Shown: positions 1 to 11,660 of the stretch, in pieces
Layout: every line of letters starts with the position of its first letter
Numbering within the stretch: position 1 is the first letter of the stretch
Program-made: the position numbers and the translations under genes
DNA from: Phoronis australis
Taxonomy: Eukaryota; Animalia; Phoronida
Assembly (NCBI GenBank): GCA_002633005.1
Contig: NMRA01000045.1
Coordinates: 1-64,000 of the forward strand
Length of the DNA: 64,000 nt
Direction of reading: 5' to 3'
The notes under the pieces: generated by a model
Told to the model about the DNA's origin: nothing
Databases searched by the model: none
What the model saw: the letters and a program-made list of their open reading frames with translations, nothing else

Positions 1-86
1 CGGATAAAAATCGCCCGACCTCCCGCCCGCCCGCCCGCCCGCGTGCATCGGTTGATCTCATCCTTGATAGACCTAATATAAAAAAC

Positions 87-234
87 CAGCCTCAGGTCCA
101 GTAACGCTAGGACCTCGCTAAAAAGGAAGACTTCACGAGATTACGTGAGATATTGCATTGTAATTTGAATGAGATCACGTGACTTTGACTAGAATTTAGC
201 TAGGTCCTAGCGCAAGTCTTAGAGTTACTGAACG
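87..234 (-). mobile_element. ~140-bp MITE family copy (others at 25222-25356, 42053-42178, 57473-57611)
   Basis: Shared TIR GTTCAGTAACGCTAGGACCTCGC and shared core (ccaaaatcacgtgttctcatttaaaat, tctcgcgaagtctt) in four places. Confidence 0.65.
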
Positions 235-420
235 CACGCCAGGTGTCATAGTTGACATAAGACCACGTTACACCAAGAACAGTTCAAAAGGTAGAAAAGG
301 GTTGTGCGCGGCCTACTGGACGATTCCATATGCTCATATGAATATATTTATGCCTAACTATGACAGTGTACATGTATATCACGGTGCGCATCAACGCTGA
401 AAAACACTTGTACGGTAAAT

Positions 421-801
421 ATGGATGCGTGTTCAAGGATACTTGTGGTCGGTATCTATTTGACTGCTGTTCCATGTGTCTCCAGTCAGTTGTCCATGTA
501 CGGACAACAAGTTAATACATGTCAACCTAAAGAAGATGGTTTTTATAACACCGCGACCAAAATACCTATTCGTTCTGTTCTCGAATACTATGCTGCCTTT
601 GCGGCTCGTAGTGAAATAGAATGTACGGTGTTGTGTAGACGAGAGCGATGCGGGTCCGCCTACTGGCTCGATGGGTCTCGAATGTGCTACTTGTCAAATT
701 ACTGGCCAAATGAAAGGACGGCATCCACCAACACAGTCACAGACGTTGGTAAAGTGTTGACTGAGGACTGCAAGCACCTGTTGGCGGTTCAACCTGAATT
801 G
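421..801 (+). CDS. Exon 1 of secreted PAN/apple + Cys-rich + CTHRC1-C-domain protein (signal peptide and PAN/apple domain)
   Basis: ATG 421; hydrophobic leader MDACSRILVVGIYLTAVPCVSS; PAN-like motif SEIECTVLCRRERCGSAYW..SRMCYLS; phase-0 donor TTG|GTATGA at 802 matches the next exon. Confidence 0.8.
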
Positions 802-879
802 GTATGATTTCCTCGTCTTTGAACGTCGCTTTGACTACAAGGGAAACATATATTTACAGTGAAATTCATAGCCGCCTTC

Positions 880-1083
880 CTATTATTAAAATTATTGTTA
901 TAATAATAATAATAATGATAATGATAATGGTGATAATAATAATACTTATTATAATGGTAATGATAATGATGATGATGATGATGATGATTATAATGATAAT
1001 GATAATAATGATGATGATAATGATGATAATGATAATGATAAGGATAATGATGATGATTATGATGATGATGATAATTAATAATA

Positions 1084-1118
<35 letters not shown>

Positions 1119-1159
1119 CAGTAATAGTAGTAGAACTTGTTATTGTTGTAGCAGCAGCA

Positions 1160-1190
<31 letters not shown>

Positions 1191-1236
1191 TAGTAGTATC
1201 ATTATCTTCATTATTATTATCATTATTACTATTACT
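880..1236. repeat. Compound trinucleotide microsatellite (ATA/ATG/ATT/TAG/CAG)
   Basis: Directly visible in intron 1. Confidence 0.95.
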
Positions 1237-1255
1237 TTAACTAACATATCAGCAA

Positions 1256-1421
1256 AAAGTTGTCATTGTGTGCGTGTGTTTGTATAGCCAGACAATAAAG
1301 TTGTCATTGCGTGCGTGTGTTTGTATAGCCAGACAATAAAGTTGTCATTGCGTGCGTGTGTTTGTATAGCCCGACAATAAAGTTGTCATTGCGTGCGTGT
1401 GTTTGTATAGCCAGAAAATAA
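1256..1421. repeat. 41-bp minisatellite x4
   Basis: Unit aaagttgtcattgcgtgcgtgtgtttgtatagccagacaat at 1256, 1297, 1338, 1379. Confidence 0.95.
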
Positions 1422-2102
1422 ACCCTCTATTAATGCTGAAATAAGCAGCATTCCGTTACCAAAGAAGCTTTTGATTTGAGTGTTGAAGATCCTGTCACAC
1501 CACATTGTCCGAGATCGTCAAAGCTATGGGTTGGAAATTAACTGAGAGTCATTTATTATTTGAGAACATGCTCGGAGCACAAAATAGCCGTGAGAAATTG
1601 TTTTGTAGAACCTGCACTAGCCCGTCAATTCTTTTCATGCCCTGAATCTAAGGTCAGTTTCATAATGGTTAGTTGTCTGAATGAGATGTTTTTGTCGGAA
1701 GGAGTGTTTATAGTCATTTTATGTTGTTATGTCGTTCTTTCGCTACAATCAGGTGTTGTTGTTTGCTACGTGCTTGTCTCAAAGAACGTAACTTGACAAC
1801 GATATTTTCACAGAGGCGTAACGATGGATTAAAACTATATTAGAGAAAGTCTAAAATTTCGGTATTATTGTGAAACGGTCCACTAAGGGAAATCACTATT
1901 TTTCATCAATCTTCTGTGCATTTCTGGATTTTTCACTATAAACGTTACGTTTTCCTATAAATTGATATTATTATATTTCCATGTGATATTTTCTTAAAAT
2001 GTGAACACTGAGCTCCTCTTCCATTGAAAAGTAACAAAGACTTTTGCTCAAATTAAGGATCACAGTGTATCAATTGTGTGATATATTTCTGTTCTGTTCC
2101 AG

Positions 2103-2211
2103 ATAAATAGCAACAAACATGACTCGAGTTCCGAGTGCACCTCTAGATCGTGTACCGCCGGTGATCATACGTGTCGCAAAGATTGCGACAATGGGATCGG
2201 AGTCTGTGTGG
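2103..2211 (+). CDS. Exon 2, Cys-rich/EGF-like segment (INSNKHDSSSECTSRSCTAGDHTCRKDCDNGIGVCV)
   Basis: Acceptor ttctgttctgttccAG (2101-2102); open phase-0 frame with 5 Cys; phase-1 donor G|GTTCGT at 2212. Confidence 0.72.
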
Positions 2212-2440
2212 GTTCGTATTACTAAACCTCATGAAGACACGTCTGTGTCGATGCGTATTACTAAACCTCATAAAGACACGTCTGTGTCGGTGCGTATTAC
2301 TAAACCGCATAAAGACACGTCTGTGTTGGTGCGTATTACTAAACCTCATAAAGACACGTCTGTGTCGGTGCGTATTACTAAACACCATAAAGACACGTCT
2401 GTGTCAGTGCGTATTACTAAACCCCATAAAGACATGTCTG
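2202..2440. repeat. 39-bp minisatellite x6 spanning the exon-2 splice donor
   Basis: Unit gtctgtgtcggtgcgtattactaaacctcataaagacac at 2202, 2241, 2280, 2319, 2358, 2397. Confidence 0.95.
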
Positions 2441-4239
2441 CCATGACTGCAAGCTTTACATTCGGCATTTCAAATGTATCTGATATGGACATCATATCCT
2501 AAAAATGTAGTTTTGATGCAACAAATTATTTGGCCAAAAAGTACCATTGTTTCTGATATTTACCACGACTAAGAAAAAGAAAAAACGCCATCAAGTGTTA
2601 CCAAGTTCTCGTATTTTTGTGTGCGAACAATGGCACGTAGGCAAGGCTAGGGTAAGCAAGGCGAGAAACGTCATGATTTGCCAAATTATGAGTAAAAAAC
2701 GAATTCCGCATCAACTTTGCTCATATGAGATAGAATTGTTTGTTTTTTTGAAAAAGTAAACAACTAAATACCGCACAACCGACTCAATTTTAAAAAGACC
2801 AGAACCACCTATGTTTTTGCCTTCAAAGCAGGACAGTCAAAATGTAAACCTAATGCGTTCGGTCTCATTTTCGCAAAAATTACAAATCATCAAGCCTCAT
2901 TTTGTACAGAAAATTTGTTACGAGATTGACGAGGTCGCGCAAATGTAAGCGAGCGTTACACAAGTAAGCTCGGGACCTTGCTAACACGGACGAGCAGAAT
3001 GGCAGCTACTGAAATGATTAGTTGGCCGGTCTGAGTGAGCATGATGGAAGAAAATTCGCGATTTCCATTCCGTAAACGAAAAATTTCAACGCAAGTTTCC
3101 CGGATATTTTGCATTGCGCAACCCCTCGCTTTGGTGTCTTAATGTTGAAATGATAACAAAAACACACTTGTCAAAAACAAAGGTTTGATTTCGGTCATTC
3201 ACTGTTAAAGAAATTGCTACTGTTCTTTTCTCAGCGAGAGAAGAACTGACAGTCTTTGTTACTTCTAACCAGGGTCTTAAAGCTGCTCTTCCTGGCGAAT
3301 TAGTTTCTGACGCCAAGAGCGTATGACCTTTTAGGAATTCCATGCGATTTATAGCAAATAATCCGAGGTGCAACACAGGATTAAGCAATTCGATGACTGC
3401 TCGGGAAGACAGGCAAGTAAGGAATGTACAACGTGATTTATTGTCCTCATATTATCACTCAAGTAACACCGGCGTCTAAAATGACCACGTTGGCGTAACT
3501 GTGGTGCAAATGCCTTCCACTACACTGACCAAATGCAGAGGGGAAACACCGTACGTTCAGGACGGTCTAAGTATACCATGGTCGTTCATCATAATTCAAT
3601 ACAAAGGGGAAGACGGGGTACTGATATTGGCCGCTAATTTTAGTAGTCGCATATTCTTAACAATAGCTCGTTTACAATATAACACCGTTATTGTAAAATC
3701 ACTTTTTGAAGCCTTACTTAATGAATGTGAGCGAGTGCAACGTGTAAAACGGCAGCCGTATGTGCTGAACACAAATACTTACTTGGCAAATTAATTATCA
3801 AATGAAAAAATAACGTATTCGTAATCCCTTGACACGTGGTGTCATCAGTGACGTCCTTGAAAAGGCGTTCTTGCACACTACGTTGTAAACAAATGTCTCT
3901 AGGGTCTTAACTAACCTTCAGTACTATAAAACTGGATATTTTTTTAGGCTGTAATATTTCTAAAACTTTTGAAGCCAACTTAAATATTGATGATTGCACC
4001 TCTTTACTATTTCGTGAAAACGTGTAATGTTTTTTTTTTGTCTACCGAGAGAGAAAAGTTTGCGGTAACACGGCAATTTATATTTAAATAAATCAATATT
4101 GTTTCGTTTATATATTTTTCTAACCTTTCGTATTTTGTTTATCCGTTTTCTGTTGACCTTGGTTCCCCCTCCTCTTTCCGATGATGCGGTATTTGTTCGG
4201 ATGGAAGGTGCTCTCAACATTCGACGGTTTTTTGCCCAA

Positions 4240-4690
4240 TGGCATATTTTTTCTGTTAGAAAAATATTTTTTACCTGTAAATAAACACATTTAAAGTTGA
4301 GGCATTCTTTTTAATTTTTGAAATGTAATATTTCGCGTGCAGTAGAAACCAGTTGAGTACTTTGTTTTCTCTTTTTAAACAGAGTTCCAAAACTTATATT
4401 TTTTCCAAATGGAGTTTGGAGTCGATCGTTGCTGTAAACAGGTTCTCAATATTGCACCAAAAAGAGCGCGTGATACAACAATCTAGAAATGAGTGTTCGA
4501 TTGTATCACATTCCTTCTCACAGACAGTACAAGAATCAGAATCAACGTAATTAATTTCAAATGACCAAGCGTTTGCAGGAAGGATCTTATGCAGCACTTT
4601 GTATTGAAACTGGCATATCTTTGTATAGTTTACACTAAAAGAGGGATTTTTATAAAACTTCCTCCACACTCAAGGATCAAAATGTATTAG
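4240..4690 (-). mobile_element. L1/Tx1-clade LINE 3' fragment (zf-RVT region)
   Basis: QFQYKVLHKILPAN...CTVCEKECDTIEHSFLDC..TRSFW in ORF 4394-4669. Confidence 0.8.
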
Positions 4691-4905
4691 TTGATTTATT
4701 CATTCAGTGATCATCTCTCTCACGTGTAAGTAATTGTCTCATGTTGTCTGTATTATGCTTTTTGTATAGATCACCATGGATACAAATTGTCAAGTTTTTT
4801 ATGTTAACCTGGTAACCTGTGTATTCTTATTTATTTATTTTATGTTTAATTATGTGGTTATAATTTTTATTCTACGCTGTTTTATTATTACACACGTGTT
4901 TACAG

Positions 4906-5156
4906 ATATCCATTATAAATACTATAACTACGTAATTAAACCTAACCAAAGAGTGATGAAGGTAAAGATAGATGACAATGACAACTGTAAATATACATGT
5001 GGGAATAAAAATGGCATTTGTACACATGAAATATTAATGGCAAATAACATTATCGCTTTAGCCAATCTCACAGACTGTGAGGAGATTCCCGTTTCCAACA
5101 TACGCCAGTGGTATTGGCCTAACTTTAACTCACCTCAGGATAATGGAACAATAGTG
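4906..5156 (+). CDS. Exon 3, linker plus start of CTHRC1 C-terminal domain (...NIRQWYWPNFNSPQDNGTIV)
   Basis: Acceptor tttacAG, phase 1 (G+AT=Asp) fits exon 2; the end resembles CTHRC1 [20 protein letters not shown]; donor GTG|GTAAGT at 5157. Confidence 0.78.
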
Positions 5157-6587
5157 GTAAGTGACAAAGGACATTACATGCACACGATTCTGCATTTACT
5201 GTAATAAAAATATGTACCTTTCTTTCTTTCTTTCTTTCTTTCTTTCTCTTTTCACTTGTTTGTTCTAGACGAATTCGCAAACGATGGATTACAGTGCACA
5301 TGGGTATATGAAGTCACGTTGTAGGCTTTGAAGGATGGCTCGAAGTTGTCGAGAGACCACAAATATGATATCCCAATGTTATCCCAAGTTGTTTACTCCC
5401 AGCTGTCTGATTCTTCGAATGATCATCCGGTCCTCCACCCCTCTCCCTCTCCGTCTTGTGGTTGCTGTGGGAGAAAATTGTTTTTCTGCAATACCAGACT
5501 CAGCTCATTTCGGGAACTTATCTCTTAAAGGTAAATGGAACACGTTCAGCGAGGAGTCTGCTGTACGTTTGTGGTTACAAAAACTTTGGTTTTGGTCCGT
5601 AAACTGTAAGTCCGTGAGCCATGTTTTGGGTGTGCACGTTAGACGGAGTCTACAGACACATCAGTCGTGCGAGGCCCTGTGTTCATAACTGCGCGAGCAT
5701 TGTGGGTAAATACAGAGAGGGCGCTGTGTTGTTTCAGGGAGTGGCTATTGTTGTTATTTTACGGGATTGGATCACTTTAAGTTTAAACTGTTCTCAGATG
5801 ACAATCCTGACAAAACAAACAGTGGTATTGCAAACAAATTTAGAACATTTACTGACTGAGGTCAATAATAGCTAACATGGCCCAGCTGCAATCAGCAAAC
5901 TGTGTTCCCCAATGATCAGTTATTTCCAGCAAGACCTCAGGCTTGGCTTTGAAGTCTTGGTTGTGTTCAGGGTGGACAGATTTTTCCTTGATCTCTATAT
6001 GTTCGCAAACAGAGCTTGAGGGCTTACGCAAATAGTCAAAGTTCTCAGAGACAAACTGTGGTAAGCAATCTCTCTGTTGTCTCGAATCAGCCGCCATGCC
6101 CTTTGCAGCGCTGAGTGCTCACTTTGAAAAATTTCAGATAGTCTGATACTGACTTACTCACCTGAGGGGCTCAGGAGAGCAATTACTGATATTGCATCAA
6201 AACGTGAGATATAGGGGTACTGTTTCGTGTGTTTTTTTTTCTTTAAATCTGTGGTACCTGATTAAAGCTAATAAATGTGATAAGTAAGAAAGTTAGCTAA
6301 AATGCACAATATGAACGAAATCTGCGTCACAGGGTTTATCACCCCCTGTATGAATTTTTGCATTCTTTGAACGGTACTGCACTCTTAAGATTGTGTTGTA
6401 AACCATTCTTGGCAAATGTTTCGCGCCTACCCAAACAAAACGTTGGTATAGACAATTAGGGTTGAACCCTTGTAATTTAGTCTGATTGATGATTATTAAA
6501 ATCATATAGTAGTCAAACATGGTTCACAAATTCCTTCGACGATGCTAAATAAAATCATAAGAAACTCGCAGACTTTCTTTCTTCTAG

Positions 6588-6786
6588 ACTGTCACTTACA
6601 AGAAACAGCACGACGTGACGTCATTACGAGTTCAGTTCAGGGCGACAATCCGCTCTGCTTACAATCAAACGAATGGCTGCTGTCGGTGGTACTACACTTT
6701 CAATGACAAGGAATGCACTGACCCGGGTCCTGTCGAGATAGTGTGGTGGAGGAATTTAGCCACGGACTACTATAGACCTTCACGTA
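6588..6786 (+). CDS. Exon 4, core of CTHRC1 C-terminal domain (TVTYKKQHDVTSLRVQFRATIRSAYNQTNGCCRWYYTFNDKECTDPGPVEIVWWRNLATDYYRPSR)
   Basis: Acceptor ctttctttcttctAG, phase 0; motif matches CTHRC1 [33 protein letters not shown]; donor A|GTAAGT at 6787; absent from the ORF track because it has no start codon. Confidence 0.85.
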
Positions 6787-7078
6787 GTAAGTAGTTCTTA
6801 TAAAAGAAGTTCCTCGTGAAGAAACAAGTATAGTTTCCAAAAATGCAATTGATGTGAATTTCCAATAGCTTTTACTATCTCGACATTTCAGTAATTCTGA
6901 ACCTCTAAAGAGAACGGGTAAGTTTCAGTTTATGATTTTGTATTCAAAATAAGAATTATATTAAATTATTGGCAACAAAACTGCCAACAGTAACCACGAG
7001 CAATGTTGTATAGAGTTAATAAAATCAGTGGGAACACAATACGTCCTAAGTATGGATTTATCGTGAAGCTATTTAATC

Positions 7079-8766
7079 TTAAAGGAGCATGCCACCCAAA
7101 AAACAACCCAATTTGTATCAATTTAGATCGAGTAGTTCTACTCCATAACGACACGTGCGGTTGCGTTACCTGACACCTGACGGCAGACGGAGGTGTTGAA
7201 ATTATCCAATTACGTCATCGGTTTCACACGCGTTCTGTTCAGCAGTTCACAACACGGGTTACTGGTGTCAGCTTATCGCTTGGAGTCATCGTTTAGCACC
7301 AATAAATCATCAAACTTCGATGTAAAACCCTTAAAAATACACCGAGTTCTTACAAAAACGTGTTGTTTTATTTCGTTCTTACGGATTTATTGGTAATTGG
7401 ACAAACCGTAGCCTACAAAATTCGGCAGGCCAATCAGGTCCGTAGCAGGAGTTTGGGGTGTGTTTGGAGATAATTTCGAAGTGTTTTCCGTGAGATACAG
7501 ACAGGAGAACCTAGATCTGTGTTGTTTAGATTTGTGATTTTCTGATTTCTATACACAAAACGCTCGTTATCCTGGCCAGTGGCTCGGAGCCTGATCAGGC
7601 CCGTCAGCGGCCGGCCGGATTGACTCGTTATCCTGGCCAGTGGCTCGGAAACTGATCAGAAACACGAACAAACCAGCCAAAGTTCAGTGGAAACTAATCT
7701 TCCAGTCAAGAAAAAACTATACTAGTGAGCCAAAGTAATGTGCACGTGATTATGTTGGTGAATTAACCACGAAAATGCAAATCTACTTACTCGTCGGGGG
7801 CCGCCAATTCAGTTCCCGGCCGCTTTGGCCACAGCACCGTCAGGGCAGAAGTTGTACATTGACAATCATTATTTGAGTAATGTAAATGTAAATAAAGATT
7901 CCCCTAACACCTGGTCGTGGGGTGGAAATCGAATTGTTTCACAACAGTTTCTGCCAGCAAACACTAAATTAGAGCTCACACGGCCTCGGTGTCCCGTCAA
8001 TTAGTTTTATTGCACCTAAAGCCGGTAACGCAGTGACTATTCATTGCTGGCTTCTGAAATCATTTCGTGCACTCACGAACACTCCAAAAGCATTTCAAAT
8101 TACATCTAATGAGACAGACTTTGTTTCACTTTTATATAAGTATTGGTTAGATTGAGAATAATTCATTTTGAAACAGAACGGTAAGTAATAAACGCCAACA
8201 TGGCAACTCGCAATCCCGACTTAGGACGAGCTAGAGCGGCTCATCAACCCCGATTTCGCAGGTGGATCGTTAAGTCTTACAGGCTATCAATTCGAACAGG
8301 AATACAGTGATGAAGAAATACTAAAGAGGCGCCGTGAACAAGCTCTGACAACGGAACGTATGGAGTTATTTGGTAAGCCGGCATTCGTGAGGCACTGTCG
8401 ACGTTGCGGTCTGCAGGACACAGACACGGAGATGTCATACTTGCTATTTACAGCGTACATTTCATTCTTCACTACCATGAGCAACTTCCTAAGCATTTCG
8501 GACTCTCGAGGAAGTAAAAAAAAACCCGATATACTCGCTTTCCTCGCAGCTGCTTAGTTCGGACAAGCGGGAACGATACACCGCAACATAGCGGCATTCA
8601 TTATGCATATGAACCACTGACGTCGCTAGCGTCGTTTCTCATCTTCCTCACAGGTTATCGCGACACCTCTTGGCAAGGTAAGGTCGACCGTACGCGAGGC
8701 GATGTGGAAATAGACCGATTAAGACGGCAAAAAAGACTAATTACATCGGGTGGCATTAGCCTTTAA
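7079..8766 (+). mobile_element. Non-autonomous Kolobok-like DNA transposon, copy 1
   Basis: TTAA at both ends; TIR AGGAGCATGCCACCC...GGGTGGCATTAGCCT; THAP remnant on - strand (~8290-8600); KolX-like GYQFEQEYSDEEI on + strand (~8282). Confidence 0.75.
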
Positions 8767-9000
8767 CGATCCACCTGCGAAGTCGGGACTGATGAGCTCT
8801 AGCTCGTCCTAAGTCGGGATTGCGAGTTGCCATGTTGGCATTAATTACTGAGCGTTCTGTTTCAAAATGACTTAATCTCACCCTGACCAATACTTATATA
8901 AAACTGAAACTAAGTCTGTCTCATTAGATGCAATTTGTAATGCCTTTGGAGTGTTCGTGAGTGCAAATGATTTGAGAAGCCAGCAATGAATAAATCACTC
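8763..9000 (-). mobile_element. Inverted internal fragment of another Kolobok-like copy
   Basis: Diverged reverse complement of 8033-8273, starting exactly at the internal TTAA. Confidence 0.8.
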
Positions 9001-10636
9001 TTGTGAATGCCTTGCGTACTTCGTCGGCCCACACACACTCGCTAGGTGTCGCCACGGTCCATGACACAATAATGGCGGTGGCCTTGGTGAATAGTCTTGT
9101 TAGCGTCTTTGGTAAGTCTCCAAAATCCACTAGATTCTTAACTTCGGATGTTAACGACTGAGAATATAATGATAATTTTTATGTACGACCACGTTCCCTC
9201 AAACGCAAGCTTGTTTAAACCAACGCTTAATTGGTATCAAGCTTCCAAAATTACGTGCGGTGTACTTAGCGTACACGATACGTCGCGTGTAGAATCGAGG
9301 GGTTGATTAAACCATTATTCCTAGCAATTCCCACTGGCGTTTGAAAACTGCTTTTGTTTTTAACCTTTTAAGTCCGATGAAAAGTTGAAAAGGACTGTGC
9401 CGAATAAACATAATACTGCGTATTCAAACTGCGGAATTTTTTATAACGAGTTAGTGGCCAATACAATACACAACTGAATGAAAATTCAGCGTTACATACC
9501 ATTTTTTAAAACAGCGCCCTCTAGAGTTTTCTAGCCGACATTCTCGGTTGGGTCAATCACATACATGTAACTCGCTACCTGTAGCGCTGCCGTTCAATGG
9601 GGAATGAGGAAGAGCGGGGGAGGGGGAGTGCGAGGGGAATGGAGAGGATGATGGTGGTAGTGGGTGACAGAATGGTGAATGTTGACCACGACCCTTTTTG
9701 TCCCTCTGACGGCACACGCATGCTGGCGCTCCCAGTGGAGAACATGAGAATTCGCGAACCGAGTTAACTACTGATTTAGCCTGACCAAGAATTAAGAATG
9801 TATTTGTGACATGTTGCATAGTGAATTCTGAGGTTGCGCCATGATCAATAATTTTACTCAGTTGAGTGTCTGAAGTCCTGCCTCCGCTGTACTGTGAATA
9901 GCCGCGTTACAAGTTTGCGGAGGTTGCGTTTACATGTGCGTTATCAGCTTCTTATTCGATTTACAGCAGTGATAAAGATGTCTGCTGTCTGTGAGTGGAA
10001 TGTGACCGAGCATTAGCTTATTATCATTTTTCTCAATGTCGGAAGTTATGTCGACCAAAACGGAATGTTTTTGTTCAAAATCGACTCACTTTTGCCAAAG
10101 ATTCGCCTACATATTCGTAAACAGATCTAGTGAATAAAAGCACTGTCTTTGGCACTGGTGTCGTTGTTGTACGTGAACTTGGAATCCCTGGCGGAAGTGA
10201 CTGTTGCCTGAACTTGGAATTCCAAGGTCACGCAAGTGATCTTGAGATTAAGCAAACTGCCAAACCCCGTACGTGAACTTGGAATCTTGCGTAAACTTGG
10301 AATTAAGCGGCTGCCTGCCACACAATCACAGAACAAGACGCTTGGGCTGAAATCATTACTGAACCGGTAGGCTACGGAGAGAAAAGATTTCTAAAAAATT
10401 GTGATAAAGCTCCCGTGGCCTGGTCCGGCATGAATACTGGTTAGTACCGAGGGACTGGAATAAGAAATCATTTAAGGACTGTATTTTGATTACATGTTCC
10501 CTCAGTAATGCACCGGGCATTCAAGATCATAGCCCTATGGCTACTGTGGCCATTTGAGTCGTATTATTTCTGTGTTGCTGCCTATTCTAATATAAAAATA
10601 AAGCTTGATGTTTGAAATTAGTGCCTAGAGGTAAAT

Positions 10637-11660
10637 TAAACATTCACTAACTGGTTGCAATACATTTTATATGCATTTTCTATTTATTTCGGAAGACTTC
10701 TGGCCGAGTTTTTTCTACCCCGTAAATTCCAAGTTTAAGCAAGTTACGCCCTTGTTTTAACTTGGAATAATTCAATTTTTTCTTTACAAAAGATCACATG
10801 GTGAACCAAACATTCGGTAACTGGTTTTAATTTATTTTCAAAGCATTTTCTATTAATTTTGGAACACTTCTGAGCACATTCTCAGTTTTTTCTACCCAAC
10901 TCCAAGTTTAAGTAAGGGCGTGGCTCGCTTAAACTTGTAATAATTCAATTTCTGCTTTATAAAAACTCACGTGGTGAACTAAACATTCTCTAACTGGTTG
11001 CAATACATTTTAAATGCTTTTTTCTATTGCCTTTAGAACACTTCTGAGCACGATTCGCAGTTTTTTCTACCCAATTCCAAGTTCAAGCAAGCCACACTGG
11101 TTGCTTAAACTTGGAATTATTATAATTCAATTTCTTCTCTAAAAAATTCCCTATGGGAACCAACCTTTCTCTTAATGATTGCAATACAATGTAAATGCAT
11201 TATCTATTACTTTCGAAACACCTATGAATGCATTCGCAGTTGTTTTCTACCCAATTCCGTGTTTAAGCAAAGACGTGGTTCGCTTGAAATAACTCAATTT
11301 CTGCTTCACAAAACTCACGTGGTGCACCAGACTTTCTCTGACTGATTGCAATACATTTTAAATGCTTTTTTCTATTACCCTTGGGAATACTTCTCAGCGC
11401 ATTCGCAGTTTTTTAACCCCGTAAATTCCAAGTTTAAGCAAGATAATAATTCAATTTCTGCTTTACAAAAAATCACATGGTGAACCAAACAACTGGTTGC
11501 AAGACATTTTAAATGCATTTTCTATTAATTTTGGAACACTTCTGAGCGCATTCGCAGTTTTTTCTACTCAATTCCAAGTTTAAGCTAGGGCATGGCTCGC
11601 TTAAACTTGGAAAAATTCAGTTTCTGCCTTACAAAGAATCACGTGGTTAACCAAACATTT
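10637..11660. repeat. ~160-180-bp diverged tandem satellite, about 6 units
   Basis: Recurring aaacatt..actggttgcaatacatttt..ttccaagtttaagcaag..cttaaacttggaa..cacgtggtgaacc at ~10638, 10808, 10981, 11161, 11328, 11487. Confidence 0.88.

Noticed and set aside
804-1124. 106-aa Ile/Met-rich ORF
   Set aside because: Translation of an intronic microsatellite
2119-2502. Repeat-protein ORFs (VRITKPHKDTSVS)n and other frames
   Set aside because: Artefact of a 39-bp unit; the real exon uses a different frame and ends at 2211
5269-5331. Strong acceptor after (TCTT)n as next coding exon
   Set aside because: Gives 20 unrelated residues then TGA, whereas 6588 continues the CTHRC1 domain; it could still be a cryptic terminal exon
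5525-6270. TTAA-AGG element with SWIM-like fragment (ORF 5849-6097)
   Set aside because: Matching right TIR not found and motif too weak to call
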